A stretch of DNA of 63,483 bases, the filler included, from Asterionella formosa (lineage: Eukaryota): the NCBI GenBank assembly GCA_002256025.1. It is 11 parts of 11 records of this genome, joined end to end, with 100 filler letters (N's around TTAATTAATTAA, not from the genome) between each part and the next. Parts side by side here need not be neighbours in the genome. Positions count along the whole stretch, not along the records: positions 1 to 24,568 come from NKIB01002214.1; 10 more parts are not named here. One strand, 5' to 3'. A program made the position numbers and the translations under genes. The notes below the pieces were generated by a model, which did no database searches, was not told where the DNA came from, and saw only the letters and a program-made list of their open reading frames with translations. Every line of letters begins with the position of its first letter. Position 1 is the first letter of the stretch. This document shows positions 1 through 11,766 of the stretch, in pieces.

Positions 1-1538
1 GCAGAGTATCTACGATGCCAGTATACTGCGAGCCTGCAAAAGTATTTTTTAGGCCTGCAGTTATATACCAGTATACTGCAGCCAATGGCTGAACAGTATG
101 GTTTTTCGAAACCACCGAAACAGTATATTGGTATACTGATCCAGCAAATCCCGGGGAGTTCTTATTCAATACTGCAGTATACTGCCAACCCAGTACCGGT
201 AAGTAATCACCGACCTATGGTCAGGAGTACTGCTCCGTGTGTACCAGGTACCTGGTACCAGAGTTGTGGTGTGACTAAAATCTTAGCTATTTTTATCAAA
301 TATTTATTTAAGCCAAATGACCGCACCTTGCATGTACCCTGGCACCTGGTACCAGGTACCAGTCCACTCCTCGTCATGATTCCGATAGGAGGTTTCCCAT
401 TTCATTGGTACCAGGCTGGTACAGAATTTACCAGTACTCTACGTGCCTGAGATCGTGTAAAACAAAGACTCGGGGTTCAACCAGCCAGATATACCTTGCT
501 ACCGGTATCATGTAAGCTATCATATCCGTACCGGTATGTAAGCTGCGGAAAATGAGAAATTTAGCTTATTTTTCTTTATAGTACCAACTCCATTCTGTAC
601 AATTTACTGTAACGCAGTAGCAAGCATTGTCCTTCGAACGGTTCGCATTTCATTTATTACGCTTCTCATCATGCCAATTACGTCAGTAATAAAATCCGTC
701 ATGGCTCAGAAACGAGTAAAACAGAGGTCGTACAGAGAACACACAGAACAGTTCGGGAAGGCAGATTTCTGATAATATTTTGCAAGATGCACAAAATCAC
801 TTGTACACTCCTACTACGTAAGGTACAGAACGCATTATATTTAGGCACCCCTTCATCTATAATAACTATGAGATCATATTCCCATGATCTCTACATATAT
901 ACTTAAACCGACGCAAACATCTGAAACATCGACCAATCAGCCTTTTTCGTTAAAACCTTCTGTCATCTGTTTTGAAAGTTGATGGGAAAGGTGTCAAGGA
1001 GTCAGCCTGAAAAACGCACGCCCAATCAAGCCTCTCTGCCAATGCAGAACTGTGTTACAGATACAACAGTTGACTTCACGACAATGGCGCAACTAAACAT
1101 ATCTGCCAAACCACGGGTATCCGAAACAAATCGGGACTCTCCGCCTCAGAATATCACGAGCGATCGTCGTTTCATGCTGATGCAACCCATTAAGCCCCGA
1201 GATACCGCCACCGGTAAGATTTCTAAACTACAAGCCGTCGTGGGCGCGGGCGGCCGGGGGGGGGGGGGGGGTGGGGGGGGGGGGTGGGGGGGGGCGGGGG
1301 GGGGGGGGGGGTGGGGGGGGGNNNNNNNNNNCCCCCCACCCGAAAAAATAAAAAAAACCCCCCCCCCCCCCCCCCCCCCCCCCCCTCAAATTTCGGTCCA
1401 AAGCTACTTTTGGATTCCAACGAACATGCGATTGAAGGAACCTGTTCGTTTGATTGTTCTCATGAATTTCTCGTGACTCACATTACCCATCGCCTCTTTC
1501 GGCACCTCATAGATTCTGATCATTATCAACTTACGGCT

Positions 1539-2969
1539 ATGAATCCAGAAGAAACATCAACATGCCCCCAAAATGCAATTCTTGTTCCGCAGTGCCACAC
1601 TTTGAAGGCTTCCCCTATTGCCAGGCACAGGAGAGTGATCTTTCCTACCTTGTATGAGGACAGTGATTCCGGAGTCAAACCGACGACCGAGTCTAGTGAT
1701 GCGACACTTCTTCCGACGACGCATAGAAGAGTGCCCTCGTTGGATTCTTACGATCGAAATGACATGAATTCTTTAATTCCTTGTTCGCCTATGCCAAAAG
1801 CTAAGCCATGTCATAGACTAGAAAAGACTGTCGATGGCGTTCCAATTTTTCCGAAATTCCTCATCCCCTCCTTTGTACCTCGAAAAAGGACCACATCACT
1901 TTCAGAACCCGTAACTCTCTCTAGTGAAAAGAGACCAGATCCACTATGTATTCACAGAAGCAACAGCGATACTGCCAGCGATCAAATTTCACCAGTTAGT
2001 TTTAAGCCACCACGACTTTCAATTTTTCCACGACAGAAACCAAAGGTCCTTGAACCGATCTTGAGACATAAAAAACATCCTCTCTCCAAGAGCGAGGTCA
2101 ACAGCGAAGAATCCATTCCGTCGCTAGCATCGTCTGCTGCAAGTGAGGACGAATGTCACGACTTTTTGAAACATCAAGTTTGTCGACACGCTTTAGGTCG
2201 CTCGGCTCGATTCGCCACTAGAGCAGTTTGTTTTGATCCTCGAGTGTGGATAAGGGAATTTGAGCGATCCAAGGAAGAGAGGGCATGTACATGGTACTCG
2301 TCAGTGGATATGGATCGTTTCAAGAGAGCTGCAATTGATAGAGTCTATCAACTTGGTAATACTGAGCTAGTTCCCACGGGTACTGGTCGACTAGTTCGGC
2401 GGCCAATCCCGAAGTGCAAAGCTCTATTTACGAATCCAGCGCTTACTTTGGACGGAGAAGACGATGATGACGAGATTTCCATTCAGCGACTAAGCAAAAC
2501 TGAAATGAAGAGCGTATTGATCGTGGACCCTCATGACATCTGCTTGAAACTCTTTAGTAAAGCGATCAAGTCATTGCTGCCACACATTGAGATAACAACA
2601 GCCCGGTCCAGTGACGAAGCCACAAAGCGCATGATGGAACATAAGCGTTTTGACATGGTGATCGTCGAAGAACGCCTTGGACTTTTTCATGGCAAAGGGG
2701 ATCAAAAGAATGTATCTGGATCTGCCTTGATTCAACTCCTAGCATCTCAAGGAGGAAGCAGTTCAGAAGGAGGAGGCTGTGGGACTCTTTGGATTGCAGT
2801 CTCTGCTCATTTTCAGAAAGACGAAGAACGAATGAGTGCTTCAGGAGCAGACTTTATGTGGGCTAAGCCTCCTCCTAATCTGAACGTTGAAATGCGGAAT
2901 AAGTTGTTAAAGGCCTTGTTGATAAAACGAGGCAAGGAGCAGACTGCCCTCACATACTTTGGTGTTTGA
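1539..2969 (+). CDS. Protein with low-complexity N-terminus and C-terminal atypical (pseudo) response-regulator receiver domain
   Basis: Within ORF 1284..2969; the plausible ATG is 1539 (MNPEETS), since the upstream part is polyG/C gap artefact. The C-terminus follows the CheY pattern: SVLIVDPH...ITTARSSDEA...FDMVIVEE...SGSALIQ...WIAVSA...GADFMWAKPP. The phospho-acceptor Asp position holds Glu. Confidence 0.7.
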   Translation: MNPEETSTCPQNAILVPQCHTLKASPIARHRRVIFPTLYEDSDSGVKPTTESSDATLLPTTHRRVPSLDSYDRNDMNSLIPCSPMPKAKPCHRLEKTVDGVPIFPKFLIPSFVPRKRTTSLSEPVTLSSEKRPDPLCIHRSNSDTASDQISPVSFKPPRLSIFPRQKPKVLEPILRHKKHPLSKSEVNSEESIPSLASSAASEDECHDFLKHQVCRHALGRSARFATRAVCFDPRVWIREFERSKEERACTWYSSVDMDRFKRAAIDRVYQLGNTELVPTGTGRLVRRPIPKCKALFTNPALTLDGEDDDDEISIQRLSKTEMKSVLIVDPHDICLKLFSKAIKSLLPHIEITTARSSDEATKRMMEHKRFDMVIVEERLGLFHGKGDQKNVSGSALIQLLASQGGSSSEGGGCGTLWIAVSAHFQKDEERMSASGADFMWAKPPPNLNVEMRNKLLKALLIKRGKEQTALTYFGV

Positions 2970-3903
2970 CGACGGACACGCAAAGTGTCAGTCACATGTA
3001 TCAATAAATTGATCAAGGAATCTGTAAATGCTGTATGCATCCCATTAATCGAAAATGCACACACTGCGAATTATGCTATCAATTGGAAATTAATTTACGA
3101 ATTTCCTTGTTTACATTATGATAGATCAGCTGGCTACTTGCGTGAGTCATATTTGATGAAAAACCAATTGTCCAAACATCTCTCTGTATGGGGAGTGATC
3201 TGAACTACCGGTACTAGAATCTGCCTACTTACAAACCACAGGTTCTTCATGAATTGAGCTTCATGCACTTGATTTCACATTGCTGGAGACTTGGGTTTTT
3301 TCTTGATGCCCTCTTAAATCCGGACCATTCCAGTGCAAAGGAGCAGAAGGATTGTAGAGGAGCTCATCCAAAGTTTTTTGGATATCTATTACAGACTAGA
3401 CATAGGGACAAGCTTCTGGTAGACTGTAGCTCACTTCTACCCAGGCTATATACAGTGTGTGGCTTGTTTCTGTAATACATACCAGTACATACTTCGTTTT
3501 CAAATATTTAGTGGATTGTAATGTGCATGGAACAAATGCTGGTTCAAACAGTTCCATTCTCCTATGAGAGGATAATTGTTGTATTCGACTACTGACACTC
3601 CTCCTGGTGTCACTATTAATTTTCCTGCCTTCCCTAATTTTTCTACCATGCTGTGAAGGAAAATGTGATGATATGCACCATATTCCTCTTGTACAGGATT
3701 TTGGGTAGCCTTCATGTACGAAAGTGTTCTTGTGTGTTTTCCTCCTCATGGAAGCCTTGACATGCAGCAATTGCATCCTTTTTCTTTATACTATCTCTTG
3801 ACCCCGCCCCCTTGTGCTTGCTCAGTCGTACTACCAAGCTAGCAAGACATGAAAAAGGATTTTGATATCATTGATGCCATCAGTGACCTCTGTTCTTAAT
3901 GAG

Positions 3904-4126
3904 AGAATGGCTTAGTTGGTTAGCACACTTTGCTTCCGAGGTTGCGGGTTCGATTCCTGCATTCTTACATGGATTTAATCAATATGCATTACTATCATGA
4001 TGTCATATGCACTCCCTCTGTTATGGTATGCCAAGTTGCAACCAAACTTTATGGCTTGGCCAATCATGAAGCACAAGCTCCGATAATTCTCTGGATAACA
4101 GCCCCTATAATATTTTAAAAAATTCC
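3904..4126 (+). mobile_element. Second tRNA-headed SINE-like copy
   Basis: AGAATGGCTTAGTTGGTTAGCACAC...GCGGGTTCGATTCCTGCATTCT (3904-3965): A/B boxes, D- and T-arm hairpins, shortened anticodon region. The 3' boundary is approximate. Confidence 0.6.
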
Positions 4127-5798
4127 GAATCGAATGGTGCATATAATATATGTTCTAAGTAGTCTAGAATTAGGTGAACCTGACATCGATTTCTTTGTTT
4201 TCGCGCCTTTTTCGTAGAATTGCGCCCCGTTTGGAATGTTTGCTCTGGAACCCCCTTTTTTTCTTTGACCCTTTGTTAGCTAGTCAATAGCCTAAGCATA
4301 AGAAGAAGGCCACTAATGAAGAAAACACATCGTCGATTGCTCGTTTTGCAACCTAAAAGGGAGGCTGATGAGACTGTTGACGTGCATAGTAGCCATCTTG
4401 TCATAAATCTGGGCATGCAACAAACCCAGCACTTAACTTTAGCTACCGGTATACTATTCAATGACGATAGAACGAAATATTTCATGTCCAGAAATGCAGG
4501 CTCATTTGCTTATTTAGCTTTATCTAATTGGTAGTAAACTCCGATATTACACACACATAAACAGGTCAGTATGCTGGCCAGCAACGCAATCAATAGCCCT
4601 ACTAAATAATCCACATGAATTGCTCTTTAGCGTTATACTCGCCTAAATTTATTAATCTAGCTGATGCATTTGTTGTCTGCATTGTCTTGTGTAGAAAATA
4701 CATAATGCTTCTAGCTACAGAGGCCTTCTTTTAAGGATGTGGATCGAGCAGCAGCCAGGCCAATTAAAAGAATTGTTGCAACTATACCACCAGAACAGAG
4801 GGAGAACGCTTTACCAGCACTATAGACCAATAAAAGGTCAACCTTGATTTGCAAAATATCATCACCTTGATTGGAACTTACGACCTTGCTTGTATTGGGA
4901 TTTGACATAGTACTACCACCAAAATCCAATACAGGGGCAACCTTGAATTGCAAAATATTGTATGATCCTTCTTTTATTGGAACTTATCACCTTGTATTGG
5001 GACATGATGTAGTACCAAAGCGAAAACACAATACAGGGGCAACCTTGAATTGCAAAATGTCTCCATCCCATAAAGGGAAAGAGACAAAGCCCAATACAGA
5101 GAATACTACCATGCTGTGTTGGATGATATATCCACAACAAATAAATCAAAACCTTGAATTCGAGTGAGACCCAGATTGTTTTCATGGGACTTAACATACC
5201 AGCCTTTGCCAATACAAGGTGAACCTAGTATTGGAATGGTATTTCACCTTGTATTGGGAAACACATCAAATGACCAATACCTTTTATTGGAAAACATTGT
5301 TTTGCCCAATACAAGGTATGCCTGGATTTGGAGGACGAAAACCGGTTGAAAATGTACCAATAATTGCCAATACATGGTACCTGGTACTGGTGCTTTCGTT
5401 TCCTTTGCTGATGTTAAGCCGGGACTGCCTACCGGTAATATATCACATGCATTTGCCCTTTCATGATTGTGTCGAAGTCTTACACTATGAAAATTTACTT
5501 GATTTGATTAACTCCATATTGACAAATAATCGTAATATTCGCACTCTTGTTGTATCCTCGAACGACTTCACAACCGGGTTTCATGTTCTTCGAGAGTCGT
5601 CTGCATCTCGTCCCGTTTCCCAGCAATCTTGATGGTGTTCGCAAAAGCGAAACCGGATCGCTTCTCATCTTCCAAATTTCGCATTTGTACCCGGTACTGG
5701 TACCAAGGTATTACCGGTATTTTACATAAGATCGCCCCTAAAAAGAAGAATCTTTCTCCCTCAATCGGATCATAAAATCAAGAACAACTACCGGTAAT

Positions 5799-7702
5799 AT
5801 GATTCGAACCAGTTACACTTTTAGACGGGCCTTTGTTGCAGCTGCTCGCCATACTCAACTACAGTCGACGACAACAAACAAATTGTTGTTGCGTTCTTTG
5901 GTTGCTCATCAACAAGTCTGTGCTTATCATGGAACAACATCAATCCAGTCCACAGCTGTCGATCCAACGTTCACCGATCCTTCCCTGATCAAGTCCCAAT
6001 TTCGAGAGCTGTTGGCGAAAGAACGAGAAGAGGCATTGATGGGAGGTGGGCAAAGGAGGATAGACAAGATTCACGCCCGAGGCTCGTTGACAGCCAGAGA
6101 GCGCATCGAACTGCTTTTCGACCAAGGGACTTTTCAAGAACTCGATCAGCTCAAGGCTCATCGATGCGCTGAGTTTGGCATGGACGACGACAAAAATCAC
6201 ATCGCTGGTGATGGAATCGTCACAGGTCACGGTCTAATCAACGGACGGATTGTCTACGCATTCAGCCAGGACTTCACTGTTTTTGGTGGGTCACTCAGCG
6301 AGACTCACGCCCAGAAGATGATGAAAGTGATGAACATGGCAATGCGGGTGGGCGCTCCCGTAATAGGACTCAATGACTCAGGTGGTGCGAGAATTCAAGA
6401 AGGGGTTGACTCCCTAGGTGGATACGCTGATGTGTTCCAAGCCAACGTTGATGCATCGGGTGTCATCCCTCAAATCAGTGTTATCATGGGACCATGCGCT
6501 GGAGGCGCCGTCTATTCCCCCGCCATGACTGACTTCATCTTCATGGTTGACAATACTTCATACATGTTTGTGACAGGACCAGATGTTGTCAAGACCGTCA
6601 CCAATGAAGACGTCACAAAGGAAGACCTTGGGGGAGCTAGCGTCCACACCAAGAAGAGTGGAGTGGCTCATGACAGTTTCCCAAACGATGTAGCCGCCCT
6701 GAGGGCTATGAGACGTCTATTGGACTTTCTTCCGAATTCCAACGACAAATCAACATTGCCTGTGAAAGATGCTACAGATCCAGCAGATCGCCTTGTCCCA
6801 TCAGTTGAGAGACTCGTTCCTGACGACCCTAACTCACCATACGATATGATTGATGTGATTCGTGAAGTCGTTGATCATGGTGATATTTTCGAGATCATGC
6901 CCAATTATGCCCAAAATATTGTTACAGCCTTTGCACGAATGGAAGGACACACTGTGGGTGTGGTTGGAAACAATCCTCTTGCTTTGGCTGGCTGTTTGGA
7001 TATTGAAGCGTCCATGAAGGGTGCACGGTTTGTCCGTTTCTGTGATGCTTTCAATATTCCACTTGTTACATTTGTTGATGTTCCCGGCTTCCTTCCTGGT
7101 GTTGGGCAAGAACATGGTGGCATCATTCGGGAAGGGGCAAAATTACTCTTTGCTTATGCTGAAGCTAATGTACCAAAGGTTACGGTCATCACTCGAAAGG
7201 CTTATGGCGGTGCCTATGATGTTATGTCATCAAAACATCTTCGTGGTGACGCCAACTATGCTTGGCCTGGTGCTGAAGTGGCAGTTATGGGAGCGAAGGG
7301 CGCTGTAGAAATTCTATTTCATGGCGAGGTAAGAATGCTGTTGGCAATATCAATTGGAATGCGGAAAAACTTGTGATGAGTGTGACCATTATTAATTGTT
7401 TCCTTAAGTACAAAGATGTGTCCACCAGCATGTTGTTTGTGTTGCTGTGACTTTACTTTCTTGAAAACTTGATCTAACACTTTCATTTCATTGTTTCTCA
7501 TAAATCTACACAGGATTTGGAAAAGCATACTCTTGAATACACGTCCAGGTTTGCCAACCCAATGGTTTGTGCTCAGCGAGGATTTATTGATGATATCATA
7601 GACCCAGGTCAAACACGTCGATACATCTGTAATGACCTCAAAGTGCTGAGAACAAAGAAATTGGACAATATTCCAAGAAAACATAACAACATGCCACTTT
7701 AG
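5799..7702 (+). CDS. PCCB: Propionyl-CoA carboxylase beta (carboxyltransferase) subunit, probably mitochondrial; 2 exons
   Basis: Motifs [66 protein letters not shown]. Exon 1 5799-7328; phase-0 intron 7329-7513 (GTAAGA...CACAG); exon 2 7514-7702. N-terminus is Arg/Ala/Thr-rich and presequence-like. Confidence 0.95.
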
Positions 7703-7969
7703 TCTCATTCACATAGTTGATACAACAATAGTTTTAGCTTCCCTGATTGCAGTTATCATTTTTACTAAAACTTGATGTAAACAGGTAAAACTAGCTTAAT
7801 GCTTAATTTTATTGGAACTGAACTGCATGCCTGTGAAATGCATTCAAATTCTGTTGACCCTAGATCTTCATACTTCGTCCTCAAGTAGACGAAACCTACT
7901 TCATTTTAAAAATCAAAACAAAAATCAAAACAAACATCAAACAAGCAAAGGGCCAACTTGTCACTACTA

Positions 7970-8135
7970 CTCCCTCAGGGCGAAAATAGTTTCAGTGGGC
8001 CATTTTGACTCCGACAGTTTTCTCCGGCTCAATTGTTACCCCCCTAATGTGCGAAATCACATGAGCTACATATCTAAGCATATTATATGTGTAGTAAAAT
8101 TTAAAATTGGCAACTTTGTTTCAAAAAAACCTTTT
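7970..8135 (+). mobile_element. Truncated 5' end of a related mariner-like element
   Basis: Starts TA|CTCCCTC. Shares GGGCCATTTTGACTCC..TTTCTCCGGCTCAA and TTAAAATTGGCAACT with the reverse complement of 11130-11260 (5' end of the 8706-11303 element). Confidence 0.6.
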
Positions 8136-9003
8136 TGGCAATCTTGAGCAAAATGCAGATGCACGAGGAACTTACGTTCAATTATGATTCTGTATGATTC
8201 TGAGGCCTGGGGGGGGGGGGGGGGGGGGCAATANNNNNNNNNNCCCCCCCAGCATCTTCTTCCAAAAGAAAGTTTTGCTCTTTACTTTATCCCTCTAGAG
8301 GAATTCTTCAATATTCCTGTTGATTGGACTCCAAATCATGGGGAGTAAGCAACCAGTGAAGGTAGCTTCATGATGTAAAACCTTCATGTGTTACTTATTT
8401 TTCTCATGGTTTATAGTAAAAATGAGCAATTCTCCGATTTAAAATAGCAGGTGGTCACCAATCGAAGGTATGTATGACATAGCAGATATTGCAATCACAC
8501 ATATGATTTCGACAAAGCGTTCGAGAATCATAATCAAAATTTGCGTATTCCGAGTACTTCCGAATTTCACATCATGTATACATGAAAACGAATATACTAT
8601 CAGGTGTCATACTACGTAAGGAACTGGAAATGTCCTATCGATTGTGGCAGTACGTAGTGCTAGACCTTGCCTTGGCAGCCCATGTACAGTACCTGGTACC
8701 TGGTACTCCCTCTGTCTAGTAACAGTTGGATCGATTCGCCGGCACTACCAGTGTCTTTACTGTTCGCATATGAAGGATTATGTAGCCAACATACCAAATT
8801 TCTACGTAAGGGTCGGTTACTCGGAAAAATGCGTTTTTCATGAGTTACATAGACGTGAACATATACTCTGTTTTTGTAATTAAATATTTAGCATCTAAAT
8901 AAATTAATCGAAACCAATTTAACATATATTTATACATTAGGTACATGTATATAGATATCAAGCAATGGTAATGCATTGACTTTGCATCATCATTTTTGTC
9001 AAA

Positions 9004-9421
9004 ATGGATGTTGACATTGCCGATGCGCCCATTCCTGATGGTCAGATGTTCCTTGACTTGATGGCCAGAAACAATGGTCGCAGTTGCGCCCATCATCACT
9101 GTTGCGGATCTACAGTAAAGGCTGGCTCTGTGGTTTTCTTCTCTTTCTGTATTGTGTTGGATGAGATCCTCCAAGAACTCGAGGATGCTATCGAGGTGAC
9201 CACGGACTGTGATCTCCATCCAGAAGGTCAAAGGTGCAGAGTTGGGTATCTTGCAAGGAGGATCGCGCATAACAAAGTCGAGGCAGTGCAGTATGTTAAT
9301 TGTACTGCTGTAGTTATTGAAGTACTACAAGATTCTAAGGAGCAAACAAAAGCGAAGAATGAATATGCAAGGTTATGGAGTTGCTCTTTTTACGCTTCTT
9401 GACGTTAGGGTAAAAAATTGA
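9004..9421 (+). CDS. Transposon-borne accessory protein A (NNGRSCxxHxCCG, HIRAN-like); probable frameshift near 9350
   Basis: ORF 9004..9402 inside the TIRs, convergent to the transposase. The +1 frame from ~9350 reads KRRMNMQGYGVALFTLLD (stop 9419-9421), matching the C-terminus of the 17809-18222 ORF. Confidence 0.7.
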
Positions 9422-9714
9422 AGAATCTGTTAAGGAGGAAATTCATAATCCTACTGCTGTGTAGTTAAATAAAATCCAACTATAGTTATCCAACTTGTCA
9501 AAGAAACTATAAGTTCAATACATATAGAACCATTAACAACCAGTGCTAGTATAAATATATAAGGGGGAACGTCTTTTGATCCAATGCAGCCGTGTAAAAT
9601 GGCGCCGGAGACGAAAAACCCCTTATCATTACACCCTACTGTTAAAAAAGATCATCCAGAAATGTGCTGGCCAACTCAATTGCTCCTTCCCCAGCTGCTA
9701 ACCTATCAGGTTAA

Positions 9715-11033
9715 ATTTCCGCCCGTTCCAGAGCCGCCTTACCAATGTGAGGTATATTATAATTGTTGTCGCCATTAACCAAAATAATCTCTTCCAAGCA
9801 ACCCTATAATGCTAAAAAAGAACAATTTAATTTGGTTGGTTAAAAAACGAATACTGCCTGCACTGCCTCTATCAAACCGTCGATGTCGTTGTGGGCTTCT
9901 TCCACAGAGTCCCATTGACCTGACTGTAATGCCCTAAAAAAAGATAGATCGTTGATATTCAAATCCGGACTGTTCGCTGGTTGCTAAGTCAATTGAATAT
10001 CCCATTCTTCATCTGTTGCAGCTGCTACAAAGGGAGCAACATCGGAACCAAAAATGTGTTGAAGCAAGCATTGTCGTGCTGTGCAGATTTATTCGTTTGT
10101 TTCTATCAGGCCACTTCGCTTTTATAAAAGGTAAAACATTATCAACAATCATGTCAGCATATGACTGTTTTGTCACTGGGAATGACTTTGTTACCATTGT
10201 CCCTGCCAGTCGATAAATTGAACTTCTTTGCGCTGCTACTTGGTGCGGCACAAATGGCCAAATTCCAATTGTACCATCAAACGTACACACTTTTTCGTCG
10301 TCAAAACGCGGATGGTGTGTCACAGCAGAAAGGAACATGACCTTTTCGATATGCTCCTTATGTTTCGTCCGCCTTGTGGGAGCCTCTTCTCCATGAGCCA
10401 GATATATTTTCAACTTTCCTTCTGAAACAAAGAACCACTTTTCAACTATATGGACCTGGTCTAGAAGCCATCATAGTAACCAAACAGTCACGAATCAAAA
10501 TCAACGTCAGGGGAAGGATGTTCTTGATCTGGATGGTTCAATTGTAAATGATTAACACAATACATAAAACGACTTATCTTACCCTTGTCTGAAAGCATCG
10601 GCTTGACTGCACTTGTGTGTGGTCGTATTACATTCTCTCTGCTATCCTTTGCAATCCCAAAAACTGTTGACTTGGGAAGGGCAAGAGCAGCTGCTATTTT
10701 ACGATACGTAGTACGCTTGCAATATGGAATACCTCTAATCGCTGCAATTATTTCTTCATGTGGGTTTTTGCAAGTATACCCAGTCAATAATTTGCGGGAC
10801 AGCAATGCAAACACGTAAGTATCATCATTATAATAGGATTCGAGTGCGTGGCTCAAAATACGTTGTACAGTTCTTTTATCAACTTTGAACTGGCCCGCCA
10901 AAAATTTAATGGTTCCATGCACTAAAATGAGCCGACCATCGATTTCGTCCCCTCCATCAGGTCCTTTTTGGAGGTTCTGTAAACTATAATCCAAAACGAG
11001 TTGATGCTCTTCTGGTGTTAGATCCTTTCTCAT
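9715..11033 (-). pseudogene. Mariner DD39D transposase, frameshifted with stops
   Basis: HTH region (RTTYRKIAAALALPKSTV, HTSAVKPML); VHIVEKWF (first catalytic D changed to V); HIEKVMFLSAV..PRFD..FDGTIGIWPF; QPANSPDLNINDLSFFRALQS; C-terminal GDNNYNIPHIGK. Pieces are in several frames. Confidence 0.88.
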
Positions 11034-11305
11034 GTGCTTGTTGAGAAGAGGTGGTGGCAAGAAAAAGGGGGGCCAGGCATCTGCATTTTGCTCGAATGAG
11101 CAAAAGTCGAAGTCGAAAAAGCCGAAAAACGTTTTTTTCAAATGTAGTTGCCAATTTTAATCTTTCTTTATATTACATATACATGGATCCGTAGCTTAGA
11201 GCAAGCTGCACCATAGGGCTTTTGAGCCGGAGAAAGTCGTAGGAGTCAAAATGGCCCTGGATAAATTTGAATTATTGATGCAACTGTTACTAGACAGAGG
11301 GAGTA

Positions 11306-11403
11306 CCTTGCAAGTTGCGGCAATTTTGCTGAAACTAAAGATTTAGCTATTTTTATCCCAGATTAAAATGTTAGTTTAAGCAAAATGACCTCAACTTGCT
11401 TGA
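11306..11403. mobile_element. ~100-bp TA-flanked MITE; other copies at ~258-334 and 52561-52656, half copy at 42359-42383
   Basis: Imperfect TIR GCAAGTTGCGG(C/T)(A/C)ATTTTGC ... GCAAAATGACC(G/T)CAACTTGC; shared core TTAGCTAT(T/C)TTTAT; TA at the flanks. Confidence 0.65.
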
Positions 11404-11766
11404 TACAGGTTCTAATGTTTCTTCCTCCTGGTGTCAGGTACCAGGGGTACCAGGGACCAGGGACCCTCTACCACGTCCCCTGGTACCACGGTGGTAGACT
11501 TGGTTGCAGGGGTACCTGGTGCTACGACACTCTGCCTGCAATTCTGGTAGGTGGTACCTGGTACCTTGTACTTGGTACCACCGAGACTCAAAAAATCAAC
11601 TAAAATGCATATACTCAACAGTACCTGGTCCTGGTACCTTGCACACCATTATGACCTACGATATCATCCTTCTATCGAACACCTGTCGTTTTATTGTACC
11701 TGGTGCTCAAACAAAAACCTACGTAAAAAACGTCTGTCGCATAAAATAAACGCCATTCGTTTCAGT

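Larger units (their letters stand above)
8706..11303 (-). mobile_element. Full-length but decayed Tc1/mariner DD39D (plant/Stowaway-type) transposon with a cargo ORF
   Basis: Perfect 23-bp TIR CTCCCTCTGTCTAGTAACAGTTG at 8706-8728 and 11281-11303. TA target duplication at 8704-8705 and 11304-11305. Confidence 0.92.

Noticed and set aside
1254..1385. PolyG/polyC tracts giving Gly/Pro-rich ORFs or apparent G-quadruplex (also 8208-8250)
   Set aside because: They flank 10-N scaffold gaps and are typical sequencing or gap artefacts.
3904..3965. Functional tRNA gene
   Set aside because: Only ~62 nt with no proper anticodon stem-loop; a related copy at 40726 sits inside a TSD-flanked insert, so a SINE head fits better.
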